In this document: piece by piece, positions 31,517 through 40,930 of the stretch | Position numbering within the stretch: position 1 is the stretch's first letter | Layout: every line of letters starts with the position of its first letter | Assembly: GCA_963665275.2 (NCBI GenBank) | Contig: CAXXIN010000018.1 | Coordinates: 128,001 to 192,000, forward strand | Length of the DNA: 64,000 bases | DNA from: Negativicutes bacterium | GTDB taxonomy: Bacteria > Bacillota > Negativicutes > UBA1444 | Direction of reading: 5' to 3' | The notes under the pieces: model-generated | The model's database searches: none | What the model was told of the DNA's origin: nothing | What the model saw: the letters and a program-made list of their open reading frames with translations, nothing else | Made by a program: the position numbers and the translations under genes

Positions 31517-32923
31517 ATGAAAAATAAATTTCTACCGATTTTGGTGACAATATTTTTCTTGATGACGATGGTTTCGCCAGCGATGGCCGCGAGAGATTAT
31601 CAGGGGAAACCAAGCAAACATGAAGCGGAAAATACAATGGGCTATTATATCTGGCAGGAAGGCGCCCGATGGAATGTACGGACAGTCAACGCCGGAACGC
31701 AGCACCTATTTACCGGGACGGTTGAGACGGACGGCGCCTTCACCGATGTGACAACACTGCAGTCGGAAAAAGTCGAACGGGTAGCAATGAACGTTCAAAA
31801 TGACAAGATTGAATTTCACTTCAATTCGGCGGCAAGAACCGACGGTTTCTCATTTACGACGAGCAACGGTCAGACCGTGACCTTCACGCTATATGCTGAT
31901 GGAATGCCTGTCGATCCGTCCAACATTTACTTTGGTAGCGGCAATCGACATCCTAACACGAGTTCGTTTTCCGTCAGATTAAACGACAACAGTTCTGGTA
32001 ATACCGATAATTCGTCGTTGTCAGAAGGTCAACCTTCGGCCTTGAATTCTGGCAATGCACTCGGTTATTTCCTCTGGCAGGAAGGTAATCGCTGGTACAT
32101 GCAAACTACAACCAGGGGCGCAGAACGGCAGTTCACCGGGACAATTCGGACGAACGGAGCACTTGCCGATTTGAAACGAAATAATCTGGAAGGCACGGAT
32201 CGTGCCTCAATCAATAATGCGGGCAACGAGATCAACTTCGATATGAAGACGAGTGGCAACAAGGATGCGTTATCGTTTCGACTTGATAACAGTTCGGCGC
32301 TAACCTTTGTGCTTTACATTGACGGACAACCCGTCAACCCATCGAATGTTTATATTGGTATCGGCAATCGACATCCTGACACGAATTCATTCACTGTCAG
32401 CCGCAATGAGATCACCAATAATTCCACGAATTACAACGATAACAGCAACTATAATCAAAACGATTCGTCGCGCTTCCAGGGTCAGCCTTCGGCCTTGAAT
32501 CCTGGTAATGCTTTCGGGTATTTCCTCTGGCAGGATCAAAACCGTTGGTACTTGCAAACGACTACCACTGGCGCGGAACGGCAATTCAGGGGTGTCATCG
32601 AAACGGATGGGACGTTCTCTGAAGTCGAAAAAATGCGTTCAATGCGCTCAGAGGGAGCCGTGGTCGACGTCTCTGGCAACAAGATCGAGTTTGCGTTCAA
32701 AACCGGCGGGTCAGCAAGCGGGATAACACTTTCTTTTCCTGACGGCCTCAAAATGAACCAAGCCGACAAACTCAGCGGCCTATCCTTTAGAACCGCGGAT
32801 GGAGCGAGACTGAACTTTACACTGTATGTGGACGGGGGAGCCATCGACCCTTCGAATATCTATATAGGGAGTGCCAACATGCATCCGTCAAGTAATGTGA
32901 TACAGACCAATTTCAGATATTAA
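31517..32923 (+). CDS. Secreted protein with three tandem ~130-aa uncharacterised repeats
   Basis: Signal peptide (PAMA); three copies of GxPS...GY(Y/F)(I/L)WQ...W...F(T/R)G.(V/I).T(D/N)G...LY.DG...PSN(I/V)Y.G..N.HP separated by N/S-rich linkers. Confidence 0.85.
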   Translation: MKNKFLPILVTIFFLMTMVSPAMAARDYQGKPSKHEAENTMGYYIWQEGARWNVRTVNAGTQHLFTGTVETDGAFTDVTTLQSEKVERVAMNVQNDKIEFHFNSAARTDGFSFTTSNGQTVTFTLYADGMPVDPSNIYFGSGNRHPNTSSFSVRLNDNSSGNTDNSSLSEGQPSALNSGNALGYFLWQEGNRWYMQTTTRGAERQFTGTIRTNGALADLKRNNLEGTDRASINNAGNEINFDMKTSGNKDALSFRLDNSSALTFVLYIDGQPVNPSNVYIGIGNRHPDTNSFTVSRNEITNNSTNYNDNSNYNQNDSSRFQGQPSALNPGNAFGYFLWQDQNRWYLQTTTTGAERQFRGVIETDGTFSEVEKMRSMRSEGAVVDVSGNKIEFAFKTGGSASGITLSFPDGLKMNQADKLSGLSFRTADGARLNFTLYVDGGAIDPSNIYIGSANMHPSSNVIQTNFRY

Positions 32924-32937
32924 TCACGGTTCCACCG

Positions 32938-32979
32938 AGTAGAGAGTCCACGCTGATTTTGGGCGGGGGCTCTCTACTA
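32938..32979 (+). terminator. Hairpin/terminator-like element
   Basis: AGTAGAGAG...CTCTCTACT inverted repeat after the repeat-protein gene; weak T-tail. Confidence 0.5.
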
Positions 32980-33035
32980 TTGAAATGAACAGCCTGTAAA
33001 TAACGCAGAAGTTGTTAGCAGGGAAAGGTTACGCT

Positions 33036-34325
33036 ATGGAAAAGACACAGCAAAAAAAGAAAGTAGGCTTTTTGAGCACATATTCACCTCGTGAATGCGG
33101 GTTAGCTACATTCACGGAGGATCTTGTGAACGAAGTCACCCGGATCGCCTTAGTTGAACCTCTTGTTATTGCAGTTTCCGCGGGGGCGGAGACTTATGAC
33201 GATGTGCGGGTGGTCCACAAATTGAATCAATATGAACATGAAAGTTATCTAGAGAGTGCTCGGTGGATCAATCGGCACGTAGACATGCTGGTCATTGAGC
33301 ACGAATATGGTATATTCGGCGGAGATTGCGGCGAGTATATCCTTGATATGGTCAAAAATCTAACAATTCCATTCGTTATAACCACACACACTGTTTTGGA
33401 AGCCCCATCGACCAAGCAACTGGAGATTCTGCGAGAACTTGGCAAACTCTGCACTGGTCTGGTTACGATGGCTGAAAGTTCGATTCCAATATTAGCAGGG
33501 ACTTATGGTGTTGCAGCCAATAAAATAGCCGTGATTCCTCATGGCGTTCCCAGCATGCTGGTTGGCGCGCGGGAAAAACTAAAGGTGGCTCAGGGGTTCA
33601 AAGATAAGGAAATCATCAGCAGTTTTGGGCTTATCAGCCCGGCCAAAGGAATAGAGTATGGAATCCAGGCAATCGCGAAAGTGGCGGCGGAGTTTAGCGA
33701 CGTATTGTACCTTGTTCTTGGTAAAACACATCCCGTTGTCAAAGAAAAATCGGGTGAAAGTTATCGGCAAAGCCTCGTGGATTTGGCTGAAGGACTCGGG
33801 GTGCGGGAGAATGTGAAGTTTATCGACAAGTACCTGACCAAAGAAGAAGTAATCAAGTATTTGCATATGTCCGACATCTATTTGACGCCATATCTGTCCA
33901 AAGAGCAGGCTGTCAGCGGGACGTTGGCATACGCGGTAGGCTGCGGACGGGTCGTGGTGTCAACGCCATACCGGTATGCTAGGGAAATGCTGGGGGAAGG
34001 ACGGGGCATGCTCGCCGAGTTCAGGGATTCCGATTCACTGGCGTCATGTATGAGTCATATTCTGCGAAATCCGCTGCAGAAAAAAGAGATGGAATTAAAA
34101 ACCTTAGCTATTGGACGGCTGATGACATGGGATAAAGTTGCCAATCAGTATTCCAAGATGTTTCTTGGCGTCATAAATGAATTCCAGATAGAAAAAGCAG
34201 GACACAATAGGGTAAATACATGGACCGGTGCAGGTATAGAAAAACGATGTCAGTCGTTATCTCCAATTTTATATAGGCAACTGGAAAGAATCGCGATTGG
34301 AAGTAGTAGTGGGATCAATGAATAA
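33036..34325 (+). CDS. GT4 glycosyltransferase (mannosylfructose-phosphate synthase/MGA-like subgroup)
   Basis: STYSPRECGLATF, EHEYGIFGG, IPHGVP, FGLISPAKGIEY, YLTPY..EQAVSGTLAYA. Confidence 0.9.
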   Translation: MEKTQQKKKVGFLSTYSPRECGLATFTEDLVNEVTRIALVEPLVIAVSAGAETYDDVRVVHKLNQYEHESYLESARWINRHVDMLVIEHEYGIFGGDCGEYILDMVKNLTIPFVITTHTVLEAPSTKQLEILRELGKLCTGLVTMAESSIPILAGTYGVAANKIAVIPHGVPSMLVGAREKLKVAQGFKDKEIISSFGLISPAKGIEYGIQAIAKVAAEFSDVLYLVLGKTHPVVKEKSGESYRQSLVDLAEGLGVRENVKFIDKYLTKEEVIKYLHMSDIYLTPYLSKEQAVSGTLAYAVGCGRVVVSTPYRYAREMLGEGRGMLAEFRDSDSLASCMSHILRNPLQKKEMELKTLAIGRLMTWDKVANQYSKMFLGVINEFQIEKAGHNRVNTWTGAGIEKRCQSLSPILYRQLERIAIGSSSGINE

Positions 34326-35760
34326 ATTTATAGACACTTTTGATGATGCACATATTTTTCGCATGACCGACGACACGGGCATGTTCCAACACTCATTGTT
34401 TAGCGTTCCTAATCGCTTGGAGGGGTATACGACGGATGATAATGCCAGGGCGCTGATAATGGCTGTGATGCTGTATGAACAAGAGCAGAAGCCTGCTTAC
34501 CTCGCGTTAGTAACCCGTTACCTTGGGTTCGTCCTGCATGCGCAGAATGAAGTCGGACGCTTCCGGAATTTTATGACCTACGGCCGAGACTTCAAAGAAA
34601 TAGAAGGGTCGGAGGATTGTTTCGGTCGATGTTTATGGGCCCTGGGGTATACATACGCGTCGCTTTCCATGCCCTCCGGTATCAAAGACGCCAGTTTCGG
34701 TGCTGTTAATCGTGCTTTGCCCAATGTTCAGTCGCTTGCCTGGGTTCGTGGTCAGGCGTATGCTCTGATCGGTCTTGGCTTTATCAGCAGCCCGGTCATT
34801 GATACTCTGATCTGTGAATTGGCAGACTCGTTGGTCGGTCGATTTGAACATGAGTCTGAAGATAAGGAGTGGCAATGGTTTGAAGACAATATTACCTATG
34901 ATAATGCAGTGTTACCTTGGGCATTGTTTTCAGCCTACAAAAGAAGTGGGCAAGAGCAGTACCTGCGCGTGGCTCGCGAAGGTCTGGCGTTCATTGACAG
35001 CGTTACGTTCCGTGACGAATATTTTCATCCGATAGGTTGCAACGGCTGGTGGATGCACGATGCGGAAATTTCCCAGTATGACGAACAGCCTCTTGAAGCC
35101 TGTACTACAGCTTTGGCTCATATCGCTGCGTATGAAGCTACTGGAGACGATAGTATGTTGGCGTTGGCCCGTCAGTGTTTCGCCTGGTATGCGGGGGAAA
35201 ATTCACGCCATGAAGGATTGATCGATCCCGTGACAGGCGGATGCAGAGATGGCATTATGGTCAATGGATTGAACCAAAATCAGGGAGCCGAAAGCATAGT
35301 CGGATACGTGATCGCCGGCTTGGCCCTGACGAAGCCAACGTCAACGGTCGTTGAAGGGTTGAAAAATAGTGGCATTGTGACCGATATCCTGGAAAATGGA
35401 CAACAAAAAACGGACGAAAACACGCCGGTTTATCGTCCGTGGGGATCATATACCGTGATGGGATCAGAACCAGGGTTCAAAATGAAAAAGATAGTCGTCA
35501 ATCCTGGCGAAGTGCTTAGTTTGCAGCTGCATTATCATCGCAGCGAACATTGGCTGGTTATCGGGGGCGCCGCGAAAGTAACGATTGGTGAAATAGAATC
35601 TATGGTGAACGAAAATGAACATGTCTTCATACCACAGGCAGTCAAGCACCGGATCGAAAATCCAGGACAACTGCCGCTTAAAATCATCGAGGTGCAAAAT
35701 GGCCGTTATTTGGGTGAAGACGACATCGTAAGGTTTGCGGATAAATACGGCCGTGCCTGA
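34318..35760 (+). CDS. Fusion: GT4-associated helical (six-hairpin-like) domain + type II phosphomannose isomerase cupin
   Basis: N-part: MTDDTGMFQH, GYTTDDNARAL, FRNFM, SEDCFGR, WQWFE, YDNA, YDEQP, NQNQGAES. C-part: RPWGSY, LSLQLHYHRSEHW, EVQNGRYLGEDDIVRF. Confidence 0.85.
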   Translation: MNKFIDTFDDAHIFRMTDDTGMFQHSLFSVPNRLEGYTTDDNARALIMAVMLYEQEQKPAYLALVTRYLGFVLHAQNEVGRFRNFMTYGRDFKEIEGSEDCFGRCLWALGYTYASLSMPSGIKDASFGAVNRALPNVQSLAWVRGQAYALIGLGFISSPVIDTLICELADSLVGRFEHESEDKEWQWFEDNITYDNAVLPWALFSAYKRSGQEQYLRVAREGLAFIDSVTFRDEYFHPIGCNGWWMHDAEISQYDEQPLEACTTALAHIAAYEATGDDSMLALARQCFAWYAGENSRHEGLIDPVTGGCRDGIMVNGLNQNQGAESIVGYVIAGLALTKPTSTVVEGLKNSGIVTDILENGQQKTDENTPVYRPWGSYTVMGSEPGFKMKKIVVNPGEVLSLQLHYHRSEHWLVIGGAAKVTIGEIESMVNENEHVFIPQAVKHRIENPGQLPLKIIEVQNGRYLGEDDIVRFADKYGRA

Positions 35761-35815
35761 GATTCCACAAATAGCGCATTGTAGCGATGTTAGCGCGAAG
35801 AAAGAAGTGTAAATT

Positions 35816-36007
35816 ATGTTGAGTGAAGAAAAGGGATTGAGTGTCTTTCGTTTACAGCCAGAAGAGGTTGAAAGGCTGTTAACGATTCAGTTTGGAAACA
35901 AACTGGTTGCTGTAAATGTGGATAGAATGGAAAAACAAAATCAAAAACGCATAAAATCTGCCGTGTATTTTCAAAAGCGATCCGATAAAATAAATTCTGA
36001 TGCGTGA
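35816..36007 (+). CDS. Small hypothetical protein
   Basis: 63-aa ORF filling the gap before convergent nrdD; weak SD. Confidence 0.4.
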   Translation: MLSEEKGLSVFRLQPEEVERLLTIQFGNKLVAVNVDRMEKQNQKRIKSAVYFQKRSDKINSDA

Positions 36008-36012
36008 TCTGA

Positions 36013-38349
36013 TTACTTTTCCGTGACGCCGATATGCTTGAAGCGGTCACGGACTTCCGCCCGTTTGGCATTGTTGAAACGGTCGAGTGTGCCGACCAAG
36101 TAACCGGTAATCCGGCGGATTCGCTCGAAAGCAGGCCCTTCGGTTTCGGTGCGGCCGCATTTAGGGCAACTGTCGTTGATGATGCCATGGTAGCCGCAGA
36201 CCGGATCGCGGTCTACCGGATGATTGATCGAACCATAACCCACACCGCATTCTTTCATACAACGGATGATCGCTTCCAGCGAAGACGGGTTTTTCGCCGG
36301 GTCGCCGTCGAGTTCGACATAAGTGATGTGGCCGGCATTGGTCAGCGCATGATAGGGAGCTTCCAAGCGAATTTTCTCATAGGCGCTGATTGGGAAATAG
36401 ACCGGGATGTGAAATGAATTGGTATAATACTCGCGATCAGTGATCTGCGGGATGGAACCGAAACGTTTCCTATCGATTTCAACAAAGCGTCCAGCCAAGC
36501 CTTCTGCCGGTGTTGCAAGCAGGGAGAAATTGAGTTTGTATTTTTGCGCCGCTTCGTCCAGCTTTCTTCGCATAAGCCCAATAATTTCAAGTCCAAGGGC
36601 CTGTGCGGCTGCCGACTCGCCTTGGTGTACACCAAGCAAAGCTTTCAGGCATTCAGCCAGACCGATGAACCCGACGGACAGCGTTCCATGCTTCAGTACT
36701 TCGCGAATTTCATCATCCGGTCCCAGCTTTTCAGAGTCCAGCCAAATCCCGTCACCCATCAGGAACGGAAAGTTGCGGACTTTTTTGCGGCACTGAATTT
36801 CGAATCGGTCCAATAGCTGATCAATAGAAAGTGCAATCAAGGCATCCAACTGCTCGTAGAACTTCGGAATACTGTGATCGCTGAGCAAGCCGAGTCGGGG
36901 GAGGTTGATGGAGGTGAAGCTCAGATTGCCACGGCTATAAACAATTTCTCGCGACGGGTCGTTGACATTGCCAATAACCCGAGTTCGACAACCCATATAG
37001 GCGATCTCGGTTTCCGGCTGCCCCGGTTTATAGTATTGAAGGTTGAAAGGAGCATCGATGAAAGAAAAGTTGGGAAAGAGGCGTTTGGCGCTAACACGGC
37101 ATGCAAGCTGAAACAGGTCATAGTTCGGGTCGCCGGGGTTGAAATTAACACCGTCCTTGAGTTTGAAAATCTGAATGGGAAAAATTGGTGTTTCACCATA
37201 GCCCAAGCCAGCCTCTGTTGCCAGCATGATGTTTTTCATGACCATGCGCCCCTCGGTGGAAATGTCCGTTCCATAGTTAATCGAACTGAAAGGAACCTGC
37301 GCGCCCGCTCGACTATGCATGGTGTTCAGATTGTGGATTAGAGCTTCCATAGCCTGGAAGGTGAGGCGGTCGACTTCTTTCAGGGCCTGTTCTCGGGCGA
37401 AGGCTTGCGCTTTTTTGAGTAGCTTCGGTTCAAAATCAGCAGATAGCAGTCGAGTTTCTTCCTCCACGTATCCGTTGGCGTTGGCGATTTCTGGACGAAG
37501 CTGAAGTCGCGCAGCAATATCCTTTACTACAACATGCACTTTGAGGGCGATGCCCTCCGTGACCTCGGCGGAGAATTCGAGCGCTTTGCTCAAATTCTCA
37601 CGGTATTTCTTCGCATAAGTTTTGCGGACGCCATCAGCCAGTGCGTAATCAAAACAGGGAATGCTCTGACCGCCATGTTGATCGTTTTGGTTGGATTGGA
37701 TGGCAATGCAGGCTAGCGCCGAATAACTGGCGATATCATTGGGTTCGCGCAAAAAACCGTGTCCGGTCGAGAATCCATCCTTAAATAATTTCTGTAGGTC
37801 AATCTGGCAACAAGTGGTCGTCAGCGTGTAAAAATCAAAATCATGAATGTGGATATCGCCCGAGTTGTGCGCCTTGGCATGCTCAGGTTTAAGAATGTAC
37901 ATCTCGTTGTAAATTTTGGCGCCTTCCGAGCCGTATTTCAGCATGGAGCCCATGGCGGTATCTCCGTCAATGTTGGCATTGTCCCGTTTCAGGTTGCTTT
38001 GCCGGGAATCGCTGGTAGCAATTTCATCATAGGTTTTCATGAGCCGAGTATTCATTTCCCGCGCGCGGGTTCGTTCAGCCCGATAGAGAATATAAGCTTT
38101 GGCCGCATCTGTCAGGTTGGCGCTCATAAGCGCCTTTTCTACGAGATCCTGAATTTGCTCGACGGTGGGAGGCGCGCTTTGCGTCGCGATGATGCGATCA
38201 GTCTGCTCGACGACATTGGCAGCAAGTGACAAGGCGGATTGTTCATCGGCGTTTCCAACAGCTTGCAACGCTTTATAAATCGCGTTGGTTATTTTTTCAA
38301 GATTGAAGGGGACTTCGCGGCCGTCTCTTTTTACGATGGTCGTAATCAT
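36013..38349 (-). CDS. nrdD: Anaerobic (class III) ribonucleoside-triphosphate reductase
   Basis: ATP cone (IVKRDGREVPFN), HIHDFD, QHGGQS, YMGCRT, ATPAEG, YYTNSFH, glycyl-radical loop RRITGYL. Confidence 0.97.
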   Translation of the reverse strand: MITTIVKRDGREVPFNLEKITNAIYKALQAVGNADEQSALSLAANVVEQTDRIIATQSAPPTVEQIQDLVEKALMSANLTDAAKAYILYRAERTRAREMNTRLMKTYDEIATSDSRQSNLKRDNANIDGDTAMGSMLKYGSEGAKIYNEMYILKPEHAKAHNSGDIHIHDFDFYTLTTTCCQIDLQKLFKDGFSTGHGFLREPNDIASYSALACIAIQSNQNDQHGGQSIPCFDYALADGVRKTYAKKYRENLSKALEFSAEVTEGIALKVHVVVKDIAARLQLRPEIANANGYVEEETRLLSADFEPKLLKKAQAFAREQALKEVDRLTFQAMEALIHNLNTMHSRAGAQVPFSSINYGTDISTEGRMVMKNIMLATEAGLGYGETPIFPIQIFKLKDGVNFNPGDPNYDLFQLACRVSAKRLFPNFSFIDAPFNLQYYKPGQPETEIAYMGCRTRVIGNVNDPSREIVYSRGNLSFTSINLPRLGLLSDHSIPKFYEQLDALIALSIDQLLDRFEIQCRKKVRNFPFLMGDGIWLDSEKLGPDDEIREVLKHGTLSVGFIGLAECLKALLGVHQGESAAAQALGLEIIGLMRRKLDEAAQKYKLNFSLLATPAEGLAGRFVEIDRKRFGSIPQITDREYYTNSFHIPVYFPISAYEKIRLEAPYHALTNAGHITYVELDGDPAKNPSSLEAIIRCMKECGVGYGSINHPVDRDPVCGYHGIINDSCPKCGRTETEGPAFERIRRITGYLVGTLDRFNNAKRAEVRDRFKHIGVTEK

Positions 38350-38397
38350 GCTTTATCGGCTCCCTTATCAATAACTACTTTCCGTGTGCATAATGAT

Positions 38398-38444
38398 ACC
38401 ACTATATATAGCGATTGTAAATGATTATTGATCAATATGTGGTG
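38398..38444. promoter_or_regulatory. Tandem NrdR boxes
   Basis: ACCACTATATATAGCG and GATCAATATGTGGTG resemble acaCwAtATaTwGtg; about 31 bp apart, upstream of nrdD. Confidence 0.75.
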
Positions 38445-38457
38445 AATTGTGTTATAA

Positions 38458-38490
38458 AAAAAGACCAGTAGTCCGAGACTGACTGGCCGT
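38458..38490 (-). terminator. Intrinsic terminator after the polyamine operon
   Basis: Minus strand GGCCAGTCAGTC-tcg-GACTACTGGTC followed by T-run. Confidence 0.6.
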
Positions 38491-38537
38491 GATATAAAAC
38501 TGGATTGCGACTCGAGTTATTCTGAGTTCGATTTCGC

Positions 38538-39797
38538 TCAGACGGACTCCAACGATTCGATGACGGGAGGGAGGAAGGGAGCCGGAGCTTCCAGAATTTC
38601 GGTGGGGAGTCCCATTTTGTTGAGCAATTCAATGAAGGGTGTTGGATCCAATTCTTCCACATTTACCATTCGCTTGACATTCCAATCACCACGGGCGACC
38701 AAGATCGCAGCCGCTGTCGCCGGAACGCCAGCGGTATAACTGATGGCCTGAGATTCGACTTCCTTGTAGCATTCCGCATGGTCGCAAATATTAAAGATGA
38801 AAATATCGCGGGGTTTTCCATCTTTGGTTCCCTGAATGTAATTGCCGATGCAGGTTTTTCCGGTGTAACCTTTAGCCAGGGAGGACGGATCAGGCAAAAG
38901 AGCTTTCAAGACTTTAAGGGGAACGACCTCCACACCGGTGTCAAGTTTGACCGGGACTTCCGAAGTCAGGCCGATGTTTGACAGCACTTTGAATACATTT
39001 AGGTAATGATCTCCGAAACCCATCCAGAAACGGACGGAGTTGGCGTCCATGTTTTTTGAGAGGGAATGCAGTTCATCATGTCCGGTCAGGTACACAGGCT
39101 GGCTGCCGACAATCGGAAAATCATAATCCATTCGGATCGAATGGACTTTTTGCAGCACCCATTTACGGTCAATCCAGGTCCAGACTTTTTTGAACTCGCG
39201 GAAATTGATCTCCGTATCGAAGTTGGTGGCGAAATACTTACCATGGCTGCCTGCGTTGACATCCAATATGTCAATAGTGTCGATGGTATCGAAATAGTCT
39301 TTTTTAGCGAGAGCGCACCAGGCATTTACGACACCGGGGTCAAATCCGATTCCCAAAATGGCGGTTTGTGCATTTGCCTTGAACCGGTCTTTGCGTTTCC
39401 ACTCATAGTTGGCGTACCAGGGCGGATTTTCGCAGACCTTGTCCGGCTCCTCGTGAATGGCGGTATCCATATACACGGCGCCAGTTTCAAGGCAGGCTTC
39501 CATAACGGCCATATTAATGAAGGCCTGGCCCACATTAATTACGATTCTCGACTTGGTGTCCCGGATCAGGTCAATCAAAGCAGGGACATCCAATGCATTT
39601 ACTTGCCGCGAATAGAGTTTGCGCGCGGGATCTTTCATATGCTTCTTGCGCAGAACACTTTCAATGATGGCTTCACACTTTTTTCGTGTGCGCGAAGCGA
39701 TACAGATATCCCCTAAAATATCGTTGTACATTGCACATTTGTGGGCTACCACATGCGCCACCCCACCCGCACCGACAATCAATACATTTTTACGCAT
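38538..39797 (-). CDS. Carboxy(nor)spermidine dehydrogenase (saccharopine dehydrogenase family)
   Basis: LIVGAGGVAHVVAHKC, YMDTA, GFDPGV, FATNFD, HDELHSL, QAISYTAGVP; adjacent to nspC. Confidence 0.92.
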   Translation of the reverse strand: MRKNVLIVGAGGVAHVVAHKCAMYNDILGDICIASRTRKKCEAIIESVLRKKHMKDPARKLYSRQVNALDVPALIDLIRDTKSRIVINVGQAFINMAVMEACLETGAVYMDTAIHEEPDKVCENPPWYANYEWKRKDRFKANAQTAILGIGFDPGVVNAWCALAKKDYFDTIDTIDILDVNAGSHGKYFATNFDTEINFREFKKVWTWIDRKWVLQKVHSIRMDYDFPIVGSQPVYLTGHDELHSLSKNMDANSVRFWMGFGDHYLNVFKVLSNIGLTSEVPVKLDTGVEVVPLKVLKALLPDPSSLAKGYTGKTCIGNYIQGTKDGKPRDIFIFNICDHAECYKEVESQAISYTAGVPATAAAILVARGDWNVKRMVNVEELDPTPFIELLNKMGLPTEILEAPAPFLPPVIESLESV

Positions 39798-39826
39798 TAT
39801 ATTCCTCCTCGCATTTTATGAACTGA

Positions 39827-40930
39827 TCAGGACAAATTGTTCTTGAAGTCATCGTACGTGAATTCGCGTAGAATTTCGAGACGGTCATCCAATCTGCGAA
39901 CAACGATAGCTGGCATCTGCAGGCCATTGAACCAGTTTTTCTTTACCATCGTGTAGCCGGCCGCATCGGCGAATCGTATTTCGTCGCCGATTTTGAGCTG
40001 TTCCTTGAAATTGAAAGTGCCAAAAACATCGCCGGCCAGACAGGAACGTCCGGCAACCATATATTTGTGTTGGGCGTCGGGAACGGACTCTATTTTTGCC
40101 GACAGACGATAAATCAGCAGATCAAGCATGTGTGGCTCCACCGATGCGTCAACAATCGCAACGTCCATTTCATTGTGCACAACATCTACCACACTCGTTA
40201 TGAGCTCTGCGCAACCAGTGATGGCGCTTTCGCCTGGTTCGAGATAAACTTGCACATCGAACTCCGCCGCGAATTCAGCTAATTTTCGACTGAATTTTTC
40301 GACGGGATAGTTTGGCTTGGTAAAGTACAGACCGCCGCCCAGGCTGACCCATTCAAGCTGGCGCAGCGCATCGCCATAGCGGTCGCCAATATCGTCAAGC
40401 TGTTGCGCGAAAGCTGAAAACTCGTCATTTTCGCAATTGAAATGAAACATGAGTCCGCTGATGCGAGGAAGCTGGCGGGTGAGTTCTTCCGGATCCGATA
40501 CGCCCAGCCTTGAATGTTTGCGCGCCGGATCTGCCAGGTCAAAATGTGAATAACTGATGCCTGGATTGACCCGTAGGCCCAAGGCGATTGATTTTGTCTG
40601 GTCGTAATATTCATCAAGCTGGGACGCGGAATTGAAGATGATTTTGTCAGCAAATTGGGCAATGGATTCAATATCTGAGGGGGAATAGCCGACACAATAG
40701 GCGTGAGTTTCCTTGCCGAATTTTTCGAATCCCAGCCGCGCTTCGTAGAGGGAGCTGGAAGTCGTTCCATCCATGTATTTCCGCATGAGATCAAAGACGC
40801 CCCACGTAGAAAAACATTTCAACGCAAGCAGTGACCGCGCGCCTGAAAGCTGGCGAACTCTTTGTATAATTTCCATATTGCGTTGTAGTTTTTTTTCATC
40901 TATAAGATAGTAAGGGGTGGCAATGTGCAT
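39827..40930 (-). CDS. nspC: Carboxy(nor)spermidine decarboxylase
   Basis: TPYYLIDE, LALKCFS (PLP lysine), SSLYEARLG, SRLGV, VYLEPGE, SCLAGDVFG, YTMVKKNWFNG. Confidence 0.94.
   Translation of the reverse strand: MHIATPYYLIDEKKLQRNMEIIQRVRQLSGARSLLALKCFSTWGVFDLMRKYMDGTTSSSLYEARLGFEKFGKETHAYCVGYSPSDIESIAQFADKIIFNSASQLDEYYDQTKSIALGLRVNPGISYSHFDLADPARKHSRLGVSDPEELTRQLPRISGLMFHFNCENDEFSAFAQQLDDIGDRYGDALRQLEWVSLGGGLYFTKPNYPVEKFSRKLAEFAAEFDVQVYLEPGESAITGCAELITSVVDVVHNEMDVAIVDASVEPHMLDLLIYRLSAKIESVPDAQHKYMVAGRSCLAGDVFGTFNFKEQLKIGDEIRFADAAGYTMVKKNWFNGLQMPAIVVRRLDDRLEILREFTYDDFKNNLS

Noticed and set aside
30964-32923. Repetitive-looking DNA as a CRISPR or tandem array
   Set aside because: The repeats are in-frame, codon-degenerate protein repeats with no repeat-spacer periodicity, and there are no cas genes.
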